Source: Planctomycetota bacterium | Lineage (GTDB): Bacteria > Planctomycetota > UBA1135 > UBA2386 | Assembly (NCBI GenBank): GCA_947501605.1 | Contig: CANMWZ010000005.1 | Location: 91,784-155,783 of the forward strand | Length of the DNA stretch: 64,000 bases | Direction: 5' to 3' | Shown: one piece after another, positions 8,904 through 18,307 of the stretch | Layout: each line of letters starts with the position of its first letter | How positions within the stretch are numbered: the first letter of the stretch is position 1 | Made by a program: the position numbers and the translations under genes | The notes under the pieces: model-generated | What the model saw: the letters and a program-made list of their open reading frames with translations, nothing else | What the model was told of the DNA's origin: nothing | Database searches by the model: none

Positions 8904-9988
8904 AGCAAGTCGGCGAAGCCGTCCTGCTCGACCCGGCGGACCAACGTCTTCAGGTCGCCAGCTCGATCCTTGGGACAGACCATCACGGCATCGCCAACGG
9001 CGACCACGACGAGGTCGGTGACGCCGAACACAGCGATGGTTCGCTTCCCTTCCGCATAGAGGATGTTGCCGTTGCTCTCGCAGGCGACGCTGCGCGCGCC
9101 GCCACGCAAGACGGCTGTGTTGCCGTGATCGTCGGTCGTGCCGACGGCGGTGAGGGCCGGAAAGCTGCCGATGTCATCCCATTGCACGTTGGCGCGGACG
9201 ACGGCCACGGATCGTGCTCGCTCCATGACGGCGTAGTCGATGGAGGTCTTCGGGGCGGCGCGGAACGCTCGGCGCACGGCAGCTGGCTTGTTCTGCAGCA
9301 AGGCGTTCAGCATCGCTAGAGCCGCTTTGCCGAGATCCGGGTTGCCGACGTTCATCGCATCGCGAATGGCGGGGATGGACCAGACGAAGATGCCGCTGTT
9401 CCACAGGAAGTTGCCGGCGGCGACGAACTGCTTTGCGGTCTCGAGGTCCGGCTTCTCGCGGAATCGCACCGCTGCCATCGCTTGCGGCTCGCTCGCGTCG
9501 AGCGGTTGCCCGCACTCGATGTAGCCGTAGCCAGTTGCCGGGTGGTCCGGCGTGATGCCGAACGTGACCAACGTCTTCTGGTCGGAGGCGATCTGGACGG
9601 CGCGCTGCAACATCGTCGTGAACGCGGTGATCGGCGTGATCAAGTGGTCTGCCGGCAGCAGGACCATGGTTGCTTCCGGGTCCTTCGCGGCGATGGTCGC
9701 GGTCGCCAGCGCCACGCAGGGGGCCGTGTCTCGCGCCTCGGGCTCGACCATGATCTGGTGGCGCGGGAAGCTGGGCATCACCTTCGGCAGCGCTCGGGCC
9801 TGAACCGGATTGGTCACGATCCAGATGTTCTCGGGCGCGCACAGTGGCGCGAGCCGTTGCACTGTGGCTTCGATCAGTGTCAACCCACCGGCGAGCGGCA
9901 GAAACTGCTTCGGGCGCTTCTTGCGGCTTGCCGGCCAGAAACGGGTGCCGGAACCACCGGCCATGATCACTGCATGGAGTGTGGGCAT
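8900..9988 (-). CDS. manC: Mannose-1-phosphate guanylyltransferase
   Basis: VIMAGGSGTRFWPASR, PKQFL, EPEARDTAP, TGYGYIE, FREKP, WNSGIF, SIDYAVME and WDDIGS motifs. No C-terminal isomerase domain. Confidence 0.93.
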   Translation of the reverse strand: MPTLHAVIMAGGSGTRFWPASRKKRPKQFLPLAGGLTLIEATVQRLAPLCAPENIWIVTNPVQARALPKVMPSFPRHQIMVEPEARDTAPCVALATATIAAKDPEATMVLLPADHLITPITAFTTMLQRAVQIASDQKTLVTFGITPDHPATGYGYIECGQPLDASEPQAMAAVRFREKPDLETAKQFVAAGNFLWNSGIFVWSIPAIRDAMNVGNPDLGKAALAMLNALLQNKPAAVRRAFRAAPKTSIDYAVMERARSVAVVRANVQWDDIGSFPALTAVGTTDDHGNTAVLRGGARSVACESNGNILYAEGKRTIAVFGVTDLVVVAVGDAVMVCPKDRAGDLKTLVRRVEQDGFADLL

Positions 9989-9996
9989 CGAGGCGA

Positions 9997-12900
9997 TCAG
10001 AAGTCGGAGCGAAGGGGGCGTTCGAGCCGCGGTGGCACAGGCTGCAGCCGTTGGCGTCGGGGGTCGCGCTGCGCAAACCAACGCTGTTCGGCTTGCACAT
10101 CACGCACGTGGCCGAACAGGTGGAAGCGCACGAGGTTGGAAGTGATCATCTGGATCACGGGCGGCAACAGCAGCATGTCGGCACCGCCGCCGAGGAAGCT
10201 GTCCGTCGTCACCGCCACGTCGAGATAGCCTTCCATCGACATTTCGCCACCGCCGCGAAGCGTGATCAATGGTGACCGCAACGCCAAGTCCGAGAGATCG
10301 ATCTTGCGATCGCGCACGTTGAACTTTGCGGTCAGGTTCTCGAACCGAGGCCGGTTTTTTTCTGCCATCAAGGCGTAGATGGCGGTGAACAGAGGGACTG
10401 TCCCTAGGTTGCCATCAGCGATGGCAAGCTCGCCGCGTCCCTTCATGTCGACGAAGTCGAAACCGTCGAGACGCTCCAGTTCGATGTGGCCGCTGGTCGT
10501 GCCATGGAACGGCGTGGTGGTGAGTCCGCAGTGCACGAGGAACTCGCGCAAACTGACGCCGGCGAAGTTGAGGCTGGCAGAGAGTTGCCCTGGGCCGCCG
10601 TTCGAGTCGCCGAAGACGTAGGTCAGCGCATCGGCTGCGGGGTCGCGTCCTTCGACGTTGCCACCGTGCAGCGAGAACTTGAGGTTCTGCAACGAGAAGT
10701 GGTCCGGCTCGACGATGAAGTCGGCGGTCGCGGTGCCAAACGGGTGGCTGAACAGCGACAGGGCGCCCTTGCTGAAGCTGCCGCGGATCGTGCCGCCGTC
10801 CTTGGTCACGCGACTCTCGGCGATCGCGAGGTTGCCGTTCACTTGTTGTAGGCGAGTGCCGAGAAGGCACTCGACGTCGAGTGCGTTGATCGAGCCTTTG
10901 AGGACCGTCTCGATGCGCTGGTCGGTGCCATCCTGGGGCAGCAGAAAGCGCAGCTGCAGGCCGTTGATGTCGATCGCGCCGCGCAGTTGCCGATCGAGCA
11001 CTGCCTGCTTCATCGGACCGACGAACAGCCGAGCAAACGTGTCGTCGAGCGGGAAACCCTGCGAACTGACGGTGAACGCGACCTCGGACCGAGCTTCCGT
11101 GGTCGACGGCCCGACATAGCCATTGGAGCAGCTCACCAGCGCCGGTCCCATGCGCGCACGCAGGTCGGAAAAACGCAGCGCCCCATCGTGTACCTGGAGC
11201 TCGCCAGTGACCTCGGTCGCGGGCAGGGGCAGCATTTCTGCTGCGGATCGCACACCGCGTAGCAGCACGTCGTACTGGCGGTCAGACTTGCCGCCGCTGG
11301 TCTTCTGGCTCAGGACGAGGTCGACGATGCCCGATGGTCGCAACACGTCCCACGTGCCTTTGCCGACGGCACCGGTCCGCTCGAGTGTGAGGCCGAGTTC
11401 CGTGTCGAGTTCCAGCCCGCGAACCACTGCGGTCAGGTCCTCGCGATAGCCGTCCTTGCCGGTGTACAGCGTGCCCACGATCGCGAGTTCCGCTGGCGTC
11501 GCTCGCTGCGCTTGGAGCAAGCCACGCACCGCGTCGATCTGCACGTGGATCTCCTCGCCGCGACCATGCACGAACACTTGACCGCTTGCCTTCGCGACCG
11601 GCAAAGGAAACGAACTGGGCAGTGCGTGACCATCGTGTAGGTCGAGCGTCAGGTCGTAGAGCAGCTCGGCCTCGGCCTTGTTGCGACGCACATGCAGCAC
11701 GGTGTCGGCGCGCCCGCTCGGTGCCAGTTCGCGCCATACGGCATCGAGCTTTGGCGCCAGCGTGGCGGTTGCCCCGCGCAGGTTCTCGTCGAGTGGGACG
11801 TTGGTGCCATCGATGCGCAGATCGATGCTGCCGAGTTCCAGTGCACCCTCTCGGTCCATCGGCGCCATGAGCTTGCCGCGCAGGTAGGCTTCACCGCCGG
11901 CGTAGCTGGCGCGGAGATCGAGCTGCAGGCCTTCCGACCGAGCGATGATGTTGCCGGTCACGTTCTCGAGTGGCAGTGGAAAACCCTGCCACCGCGCTCG
12001 CGAGCCGAGCGGCGACACAACGACCTGCCAAGTGCTCGCCTGGTCGCTTGTCGGTCGGATGCGCAGGCGAACGGACGCGGCGCCCTCTGGTGCAAACTGG
12101 TCGTACAGCGCGCCGTCGTCGCGCACGAGTTGCGCCAACGCCATCCGCAGCGCCGGCGTGAACTGAATCCGTGTAGCCTCGAGGTCGATGCTGACCTGCT
12201 CGGGGCCGGTGCTCTTGGGGTCAACGCGGCCTGAGATCGTGACTTCGCCACTGCCAGCCTCCGGAGCCAGTCGCGCGGTTACGTCTTCGATGCTGACGAC
12301 GTTGTCGCGCAGGTGCACGCGGCCCTCGGCGCCGACGACCGGCAGCGGAAATGCGGCCCGCGACTCGTCGGGGCCGAACCCGTGGTAGGACATCGCCACT
12401 CCGTGCAACTGCACATCAAGGTCTACGACCTCGTCGGAGTGGCCGTGCGCGCGCAAGTAGAGATCGAAGTCTGCGGTCCCGGCGGTTGGGCGCAGTCCAT
12501 CGACGACGCTGCGGCCGGCCTGGAACGTCCGCAGTGCGGCGCGCACTGTGTCGTCGATCTCGACGTCGCGGCCAGTGCCGCGCACTTCGAGATGCGGATC
12601 GGTGAAGAAGCCGGAGATCTTGGCCACAACCTCGGTCTGACCCGTGGGCAGGAGGCGCTGTCCGGTGAACTTCGCGGTGCCGCCGTCCTGCGTACTGATG
12701 ACTCCGCGCACCGCCGCGCTGCGCAGCGGCACTGGGATCTCTGGCAGCGAGCAAGTCATGTCGCTGAACGTGAACGAACTGCTCGCGACTGCACCATCGG
12801 CGCCGTCGAGCGGCAATTCGAGCTGTAGCACGAGTTCGTCGAGCTTGCCCGAGGCGACGTCGTCGCGCAGTTCGCTGCGCAACAGTGGTAGCAGACGCTG

Positions 12901-13590
12901 CAAGAAGGCGGCGTCGACGGTCAGGTCGGCGATGCGGGCCTGAAGTCTGACGCGCTGCTGCTGCAGGTCGACTTCACCAATCACTTCCACGTCGACTTCG
13001 AGGTTCTTGCAGTGGGCGCTGCCGTGAAGGGTGCCGCGCCGCCGATCCGGGTTCCCGTCGTCGCCGAGCACTCGCTGCAGCTGCAACTCGACGTCGATGA
13101 ACTCAAGATCCGGCACGCCATCGTCGACGCGGATCCGCGCGCTGCTGCGCGTGAGGCGCGCGGGCGTTACTTCGCCGATCCCAGCCGTGACGCCAGTTGC
13201 TGCCCGCTGCTCGCGCAGCAGTTTGGTGAGGTTTGGCGCGTGTGCCGCCGTGAGGTCGATGTCGACGCGCAGTCGGTCCATCTCGATCTCATGGAGTGCG
13301 AGCACGTTGCCCAACGGATCGGTTTCGACGCCGAGTTGCACGGACTCGGCTGCAAGCAGGTTGCGGCCTTCGCGCTGCGGATCCGCGATCGTGATGTTCG
13401 ACAGTGTCAGGCTGCCGCCGAACAGGTCCACCTGTGCGTTCTCGAGGTGGAAGCGCGTTGCCAGCAGTTGCTGCAGAAAGCTGCGTACGAGGCCCGTAGC
13501 CGCGCCGCTGCGTTGCAGCACGTACCAGGTGCCCAACATCAACGCTGCGACGATGGTCGCAGTCAGGATTGAGATGCGTCGCCAGCTCAT
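9997..13590 (-). CDS. AsmA-like envelope (putative lipid-bridge) protein
   Basis: About 1200 aa with a single N-terminal TM anchor and a long repetitive beta-rich body. AsmA-like C-terminus (KIDLSDLALRSPLITLRGGGEMSMEGYLD). Start taken at MSWRR, 13590. Confidence 0.75.
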   Translation of the reverse strand: MSWRRISILTATIVAALMLGTWYVLQRSGAATGLVRSFLQQLLATRFHLENAQVDLFGGSLTLSNITIADPQREGRNLLAAESVQLGVETDPLGNVLALHEIEMDRLRVDIDLTAAHAPNLTKLLREQRAATGVTAGIGEVTPARLTRSSARIRVDDGVPDLEFIDVELQLQRVLGDDGNPDRRRGTLHGSAHCKNLEVDVEVIGEVDLQQQRVRLQARIADLTVDAAFLQRLLPLLRSELRDDVASGKLDELVLQLELPLDGADGAVASSSFTFSDMTCSLPEIPVPLRSAAVRGVISTQDGGTAKFTGQRLLPTGQTEVVAKISGFFTDPHLEVRGTGRDVEIDDTVRAALRTFQAGRSVVDGLRPTAGTADFDLYLRAHGHSDEVVDLDVQLHGVAMSYHGFGPDESRAAFPLPVVGAEGRVHLRDNVVSIEDVTARLAPEAGSGEVTISGRVDPKSTGPEQVSIDLEATRIQFTPALRMALAQLVRDDGALYDQFAPEGAASVRLRIRPTSDQASTWQVVVSPLGSRARWQGFPLPLENVTGNIIARSEGLQLDLRASYAGGEAYLRGKLMAPMDREGALELGSIDLRIDGTNVPLDENLRGATATLAPKLDAVWRELAPSGRADTVLHVRRNKAEAELLYDLTLDLHDGHALPSSFPLPVAKASGQVFVHGRGEEIHVQIDAVRGLLQAQRATPAELAIVGTLYTGKDGYREDLTAVVRGLELDTELGLTLERTGAVGKGTWDVLRPSGIVDLVLSQKTSGGKSDRQYDVLLRGVRSAAEMLPLPATEVTGELQVHDGALRFSDLRARMGPALVSCSNGYVGPSTTEARSEVAFTVSSQGFPLDDTFARLFVGPMKQAVLDRQLRGAIDINGLQLRFLLPQDGTDQRIETVLKGSINALDVECLLGTRLQQVNGNLAIAESRVTKDGGTIRGSFSKGALSLFSHPFGTATADFIVEPDHFSLQNLKFSLHGGNVEGRDPAADALTYVFGDSNGGPGQLSASLNFAGVSLREFLVHCGLTTTPFHGTTSGHIELERLDGFDFVDMKGRGELAIADGNLGTVPLFTAIYALMAEKNRPRFENLTAKFNVRDRKIDLSDLALRSPLITLRGGGEMSMEGYLDVAVTTDSFLGGGADMLLLPPVIQMITSNLVRFHLFGHVRDVQAEQRWFAQRDPRRQRLQPVPPRLERPLRSDF

Positions 13591-13768
13591 GCGAGAGGGA
13601 ACAGTGCGTTGCGGGTCGAACGCACAGCGTTCGCAGTGAGGTTGTAGCCTGCGCGCATGGTCCTCGTCGAGGCGCAGGATCGGAGGAAGAGCACTGAGGC
13701 TTCGAATCGCAGTGCACGCGAAAACGTCGTGAACGGGCTCGGAGAGCCAGTTTCGACGCAGATTTCCT

Positions 13769-13796
13769 TTGACAGTGCGCGCGCAAAGGTCAAACT
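13769..13796 (+). promoter_or_regulatory. Putative sigma70 promoter of the histone-fold gene, overlapped by an inverted repeat
   Basis: TTGACA (13769-13774), 16 nt, CAAACT (13791-13796). TTTGAC (13768-13773) and GTCAAA (13789-13794) form an inverted repeat. Confidence 0.55.
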
Positions 13797-13865
13797 CGCG
13801 CCCCATTCAGCGTTGGGATGTTTCCACGCTGTCCGGTCAGAACCCTTTCACGAAGAGTCATTCCA

Positions 13866-14066
13866 ATGGCTGCCAAGAAGACCAAGAAGGCCGCTACCGG
13901 CGACCTCATCATCTCGAAGTCGCGCACCAAGGCCGCGGTCAAGAAGTGCAACGTCTCGTCGGACTTCTATCCGGCGCTCGACAAGGCCGTCCGCTCGCTG
14001 ATTCAGATTGCTGAGTCGCGTGCGACCGGCAACAAGCGCAAGACGCTCCGCCCGCAGGATCTGTGA
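13866..14066 (+). CDS. Bacterial histone-fold protein (short-alpha3 type) with a Lys-rich N-terminal extension
   Basis: 66 aa, MAAKKTKKAATGDLIISKSRTKAAVKKCNVSSDFYPALDKAVRSLIQIAESRATGNKRKTLRPQDL. Helix-loop-long helix-loop-short helix layout ending in RKTxxxxD. 16 K+R versus 5 D+E. Confidence 0.88.
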   Translation: MAAKKTKKAATGDLIISKSRTKAAVKKCNVSSDFYPALDKAVRSLIQIAESRATGNKRKTLRPQDL

Positions 14067-14111
14067 TCCTCGGAGGAGCCCGGCATCAAGCGCTCTCGGG
14101 CGTGAGGTGAC

Positions 14112-14146
14112 GAGAGGTCGGCCTGCTCACGCGGGCCGATTCTCTG
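14112..14146 (+). terminator. Hairpin downstream of the histone-fold gene (probable terminator)
   Basis: GGTCGGCCTGC-TCAC-GCGGGCCGATT 11-bp stem including G-U pairs, followed by CTCTGT. It lies between convergent genes. Confidence 0.55.
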
Positions 14147-14344
14147 TACGGGGTGTTTCTCTGCGGGCCGGCGAGTTCCGTCGACGCCATGGTGCTCGCT
14201 ACCGTGCTGCGGTCGGGCCCCGGCTACTTGGCCCCTGATTTTCTGGCCTGCTGCGGCCTGCTTGCCGCTGTCTGTCGTGCGGTTGCCTTGTGCGTGCTGC
14301 CGTTCGGCGTGCTGTTGTCTGGGGCGGCGACAGCAGCAACCAGT

Positions 14345-15022
14345 TCAACCGACGTACGAGCCGGTGAGATAGAGGGGCTCCAGTTCGAGTGGCGACACCT
14401 CCACCAGGCGCAGTTCGGCAGCAAACAGGGTCGAGGCCGAAACGTGCGGAATCGGCATCAGGACCGCGCCGGAGGCCGAAATCGTGGCCCCTATGCGTGC
14501 CTCGACCGCGGCGTCAATCAGCACCACACAGTTGCGATCGAGCTGGCTGACAGCTTCGGCGTCGCTGGTGAGTCTTGGCGCATGCAGACTCTCGATCTGA
14601 CCGCCGACGGCTCGGTGGGCGCCAAACTGCACGCGCTTCTGGCGACCGTCGAGCAGAACACAGATCTGTCGGTCGGCCAGCTCGGGGTTGGCGCGCAGAG
14701 CCGCCGCGGCCACGACCTCGAGGCCCTCGGCGGAGAGGATCCGGGCGCCCGAGAACGCAGCCAACGTGCGCGCGAACGTCACGGCGACGCGAAGACCGAT
14801 GTAGGAACCAGGACCGCGATCGACGCGAAGTTCACGGACCTCGCTGGCGGCCATCCCCGCCTGCTGCAGCGCCTCTTGGACGAGCACGGCCAGATCGACG
14901 CGCTGGGCGATCGGGGCCCGCGTTTCCGACAGCGTGCCGCGACGTCCTACGGCGACGGCGAATGCCGTGTTGCCATCGACGTTGCCGCCGAGGATCGCGA
15001 GTGCATCCAGCTGTGGGCTCAT
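14345..15022 (-). CDS. tsaB: tRNA threonylcarbamoyladenosine biosynthesis protein TsaB
   Basis: VDRGPGSYIGLRVAV, LDGRQKRV and the C-terminal LEPLYL motif. Confidence 0.85.
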   Translation of the reverse strand: MSPQLDALAILGGNVDGNTAFAVAVGRRGTLSETRAPIAQRVDLAVLVQEALQQAGMAASEVRELRVDRGPGSYIGLRVAVTFARTLAAFSGARILSAEGLEVVAAAALRANPELADRQICVLLDGRQKRVQFGAHRAVGGQIESLHAPRLTSDAEAVSQLDRNCVVLIDAAVEARIGATISASGAVLMPIPHVSASTLFAAELRLVEVSPLELEPLYLTGSYVG

Positions 15023-15032
15023 CGTGCGGAGC

Positions 15033-16385
15033 TCAGCCGAGCAATTCTGCGACGAGGTCGGCGAGTTCGCGACACAGGCGCTCGACGAGTTCGCCGTCGG
15101 CGGCCTCGATCATCACGCGGCAGAGCGGTTCGGTGCCCGAGTAGCGCAACAGGAGGCGGCCGTCATTGCCCAGGATGCGCTCGACCTCTGCCATGCGGGC
15201 AGCGAGAGCGGGGACCTCGGCGAACTTCGGCTTCTTGCTGACCGGCACGTTGATGAGCTTCTGCGGAAAGCGGCGGAATGAGGCAAAGGCGGCCGCCAGC
15301 CCGCGTTCCCGAACGCCCGGCAGCGACAACAGCCGCAGCGCCGTGAACACGCCATCGCCCGTCAGTTTGCCATCGCCGGCGAAGAGGATGTGACCCGATT
15401 GCTCGCCGCCGAGCGCAAGACCGCGTTCGCGCATCGCTTGCACGACATTGCGGTCGCCGACGGGGGTCACATGGACCTTGATGCCGGCGCTGCTGAGGGC
15501 GCGGTGAAGCCCGAGGTTGCTCATCACCGTCGCGGCCACGGTGGCGTGCGGGAGGTCGCCGTTCTGGTGCATGTGCATGCCGAACAGGCACAACTGATCG
15601 TCGCCGTCGCGGACGGTGCCGGTCTCGTCGACGAAGATGCCGCGATCGCCATCGCCGTCGAGGCAGATGCCGAGGTGGGCCCCGTGTTCGCGCACCGCAT
15701 TGCGCACGAACTCGGGGTGAAGCGCGCCGACACCATCGTTGATGTTGAAGCCGTCGGGCTCGCACGCGACTTCGATGACCTCGGCGCCAAATGCGCGCAG
15801 GATGGTCGGCGCCAGCCCGGATCCGCCGCCGTGCGCTGCGTCCACGCACAGCTTCATGCCGGTGAGGTCCAGCGTCGGGTAGAGCTCGGCAAATTGGTCT
15901 TCGTAGGAGCGCAGCAGGTCGTGGCGCGGGCGCAAGCGCGGCGTGCCCGTCCGTTCGGGGCGCAACTCGCAGCTCAGCGATTCGAGTTCGCGCTCCTCAG
16001 CGTCGGCCAGTTTCGTGCCATCGTGGGAGAAGATCTTGATGCCGTTGTCGTGCGCGGGGTTGTGCGACGCGCTGATCATGATGCCGGCCGAGAACGGCTG
16101 CGTGCGGCAGAGGAAGGCCAGGGCCGGCGTGGTGCACAGACCGACGTCGGTCACGGCGACCTCGGCGGCGACGAGTCCTTGGGCGAGTGCCTCCAGGATC
16201 CACGGAGCCGACTCGCGCCCGTCATTGCCGCTGACGACGCGGATGGGGTCGATGCCTGTCTTCTGGAGCAGAACTCCGAGTGCGGCGCCGACTCGGCGCA
16301 TGGTCTCGGGGTCGAGTGGTGCTTCGCCGGCGCGGCCGCGCAGGCCATCGGTACCGAACTGGGGGGGCTGGAACGACTCGCTCAT
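15033..16385 (-). CDS. glmM: Phosphoglucosamine mutase
   Basis: FGTDGLRG, ISASHNP (phosphoserine loop), DGDGDR, VMSNLGL, GGEQSGH and LRYSGTEP motifs. The ATG overlaps the cdaA stop (ATGA). Confidence 0.95.
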   Translation of the reverse strand: MSESFQPPQFGTDGLRGRAGEAPLDPETMRRVGAALGVLLQKTGIDPIRVVSGNDGRESAPWILEALAQGLVAAEVAVTDVGLCTTPALAFLCRTQPFSAGIMISASHNPAHDNGIKIFSHDGTKLADAEERELESLSCELRPERTGTPRLRPRHDLLRSYEDQFAELYPTLDLTGMKLCVDAAHGGGSGLAPTILRAFGAEVIEVACEPDGFNINDGVGALHPEFVRNAVREHGAHLGICLDGDGDRGIFVDETGTVRDGDDQLCLFGMHMHQNGDLPHATVAATVMSNLGLHRALSSAGIKVHVTPVGDRNVVQAMRERGLALGGEQSGHILFAGDGKLTGDGVFTALRLLSLPGVRERGLAAAFASFRRFPQKLINVPVSKKPKFAEVPALAARMAEVERILGNDGRLLLRYSGTEPLCRVMIEAADGELVERLCRELADLVAELLG

Positions 16386-18307
16386 GGTGTTCGGATCAGT
16401 TCGACGGTGACCAGCTCCTCGAGCCCGAAGTCGGCAGCGTTGTCCCCGTCGCGAACCGAGTCGACCAAGTAGAGCCGCGCCCGAGCGAGGATCTTCTCGG
16501 GGTAGGAACTCTCGTCTTCGCGCGGCGGGATCCAGACCAACAGGCGAAGGTTGGCGCGGGCCCATTCGGCACGCGGGCCGGGCTCGAAGCCGACGAGCTT
16601 CGACAGCAGCGCGCCACCGGCTTTGATGCGGACAGCCTTGGTCGGCGTATCGGGTCGATACTGGTTTCGCAGCTCGGGCGGCAGGGCTAGGTCGTCGACC
16701 AACACCGGCAGATCGAAGCTGTAGCCCTGCATCTCGGGCCGCAACTGCACGGTCAGCGAGCAGCGTTCGCGCAGGCGGAGACCGAGTTCTTCGAACTGGG
16801 GTTGCAGCGTGATCTGAGCCGGGATCTGGCGCGCACTCGACGGCGCCGCGAGCTGGGCGCGCATGGGGCGTTCGCCTTTGCGGGCGGCCAACTCCTCGTG
16901 GGCCCGGGCCGGTCCGAACAACTCGACGGTCTTCGGCGTGAACTCGAAGGTGTCATCGCGCAGGCGTGCCCGCAGCCGCTCGTCGCCGTTGAACATCAGC
17001 TCGATCTGGTCGGCTCCGAGCTGGAGCGTTGTGACCTTGACGCGCACCACTTGGATACTCACGCGCGGTGGATCCATGACGATGGCGATCTTGCCGTCGA
17101 CCAGGGCTCGGTGGGACGGCTGAATGTCGGTGGCCGTGAACCCCGCCCTGTCGACCTTGTCCCACTCGACCTGCGGCAGCTTGACGCTGAGCTTCAGGCT
17201 GTCGCCATAGAGGTTCTCGATCGAGGTCTTCGGTCCCTCGAACGTCAACTTCACCGCGTCGATCGGCTCGCCGGTGCTGAGGTCGACGAACCCGGTGTGC
17301 GTCACCGTGTCGGTTGGGATGTTCACGAACAGTTCGTCGATGCCGGCGAGCTGAGGGAGCTGCTGGCCGATGCCGATCACGTCGAGTTTCATGGCGACGG
17401 TGTGCGACGCCGTGATGCGCTGGTCCATGGCCAGCCACAGCAAGATGGCGAGCCCGACGGCGGACAGCTTGCGCCACGGGTCGGCAGTGACCATCTGGCC
17501 CAGTGTGGTCACGATCGGGCGGCGCTGGGCAGCGCGCTCCCGGCGCTTCTGCGTGTTGAGCACGTCCTCCAGCTGTTTCTCGAGCGTCTCTTTGGTGATG
17601 GCGTAGCTGAGCTTGCCAGCGAGCGCGGTCGAGATCGTGCCGGTCTCTTCGGAGACGACGACGGCGAGTGCATCGGTTTCTTCGGACAGACCCAATGCCG
17701 CCCGGTGGCGCGTGCCAAGGCGCTTGTCCACCTCGGGGTTCTGACTCAAGGGCAGCAGGCAAGCCGCGGCGACCACTCGATTGTCGCGCAGGATCACTGC
17801 GCCGTCGTGCAGCGTGCTCTTGGGGTAGAAGAGCGATTCGAGCAACAGCGGTGAGAGTTCGGCGTCGAGATGGGTGCCGGAGTCCGCAATCGACTGCAGG
17901 GAGGCGTCGCGCTCGATGGCGATCAGCGCGCCCATCTTGACCTTGCTCATGCTCTCAACGGCTCGCGACACCCGCTGGATGATCTTGGTCTCCTTGCGAA
18001 AGAGCCGGGCGAACACCTTCGATTCGCCGATGTGCACGATCGCCCGGCGCATCTCTGGGTGGAACACCACGATCAATGCAATGACCACGGACTGCACGAT
18101 CATCTCGAACAGCTGCTTCAGCCGGTCCAGACCCATGAACTGGATCAAGAACAGGAACGATGCGACCCCGGCGACGCCGAGATACGCGAGGCCGCGGAGC
18201 ACGTTGCTGCCGCGCGTTCGGCGCAGGAACCGCAGGCCGAAGTAGATCAGGGCGGCGAAGATCGCCACCTCGATCATCCGCTTCGATAGCTCCGCGAAGT
18301 CCGCCAT
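16382..18307 (-). CDS. cdaA: Diadenylate cyclase CdaA fused to a TM helix and a CdaR/YbbR-like extracytoplasmic region
   Basis: Three N-terminal TMs, VVFHPEMRR, GALIAIER, LHDGAV, LGTRHRAALGLSEETDA and VSEETG. Then KLSAVGLAILLWLAM (CdaR-type anchor) and beta-rich repeats (VKLTFEGP, PKTVELFGP, KAVRIKA). Start is 18307 or 18322. Confidence 0.9.
   Translation of the reverse strand: MADFAELSKRMIEVAIFAALIYFGLRFLRRTRGSNVLRGLAYLGVAGVASFLFLIQFMGLDRLKQLFEMIVQSVVIALIVVFHPEMRRAIVHIGESKVFARLFRKETKIIQRVSRAVESMSKVKMGALIAIERDASLQSIADSGTHLDAELSPLLLESLFYPKSTLHDGAVILRDNRVVAAACLLPLSQNPEVDKRLGTRHRAALGLSEETDALAVVVSEETGTISTALAGKLSYAITKETLEKQLEDVLNTQKRRERAAQRRPIVTTLGQMVTADPWRKLSAVGLAILLWLAMDQRITASHTVAMKLDVIGIGQQLPQLAGIDELFVNIPTDTVTHTGFVDLSTGEPIDAVKLTFEGPKTSIENLYGDSLKLSVKLPQVEWDKVDRAGFTATDIQPSHRALVDGKIAIVMDPPRVSIQVVRVKVTTLQLGADQIELMFNGDERLRARLRDDTFEFTPKTVELFGPARAHEELAARKGERPMRAQLAAPSSARQIPAQITLQPQFEELGLRLRERCSLTVQLRPEMQGYSFDLPVLVDDLALPPELRNQYRPDTPTKAVRIKAGGALLSKLVGFEPGPRAEWARANLRLLVWIPPREDESSYPEKILARARLYLVDSVRDGDNAADFGLEELVTVELIRTP

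Noticed and set aside
13818..13865. 16-aa N-terminal extension of the histone ORF in the ORF track (MFPRCPV...)
   Set aside because: Its composition and codon use do not match the rest of the gene. ATG 13866 gives a typical MAAKK start, and the upstream stretch fits a 5'UTR below the predicted promoter.
14150..14344. Strand-skewed spacer with short GCA/ACA-like iterations downstream of tsaB
   Set aside because: There is no regular period, no start codon for an independent ORF and no repeat-spacer pattern, so it is not a CRISPR or a supported ncRNA.
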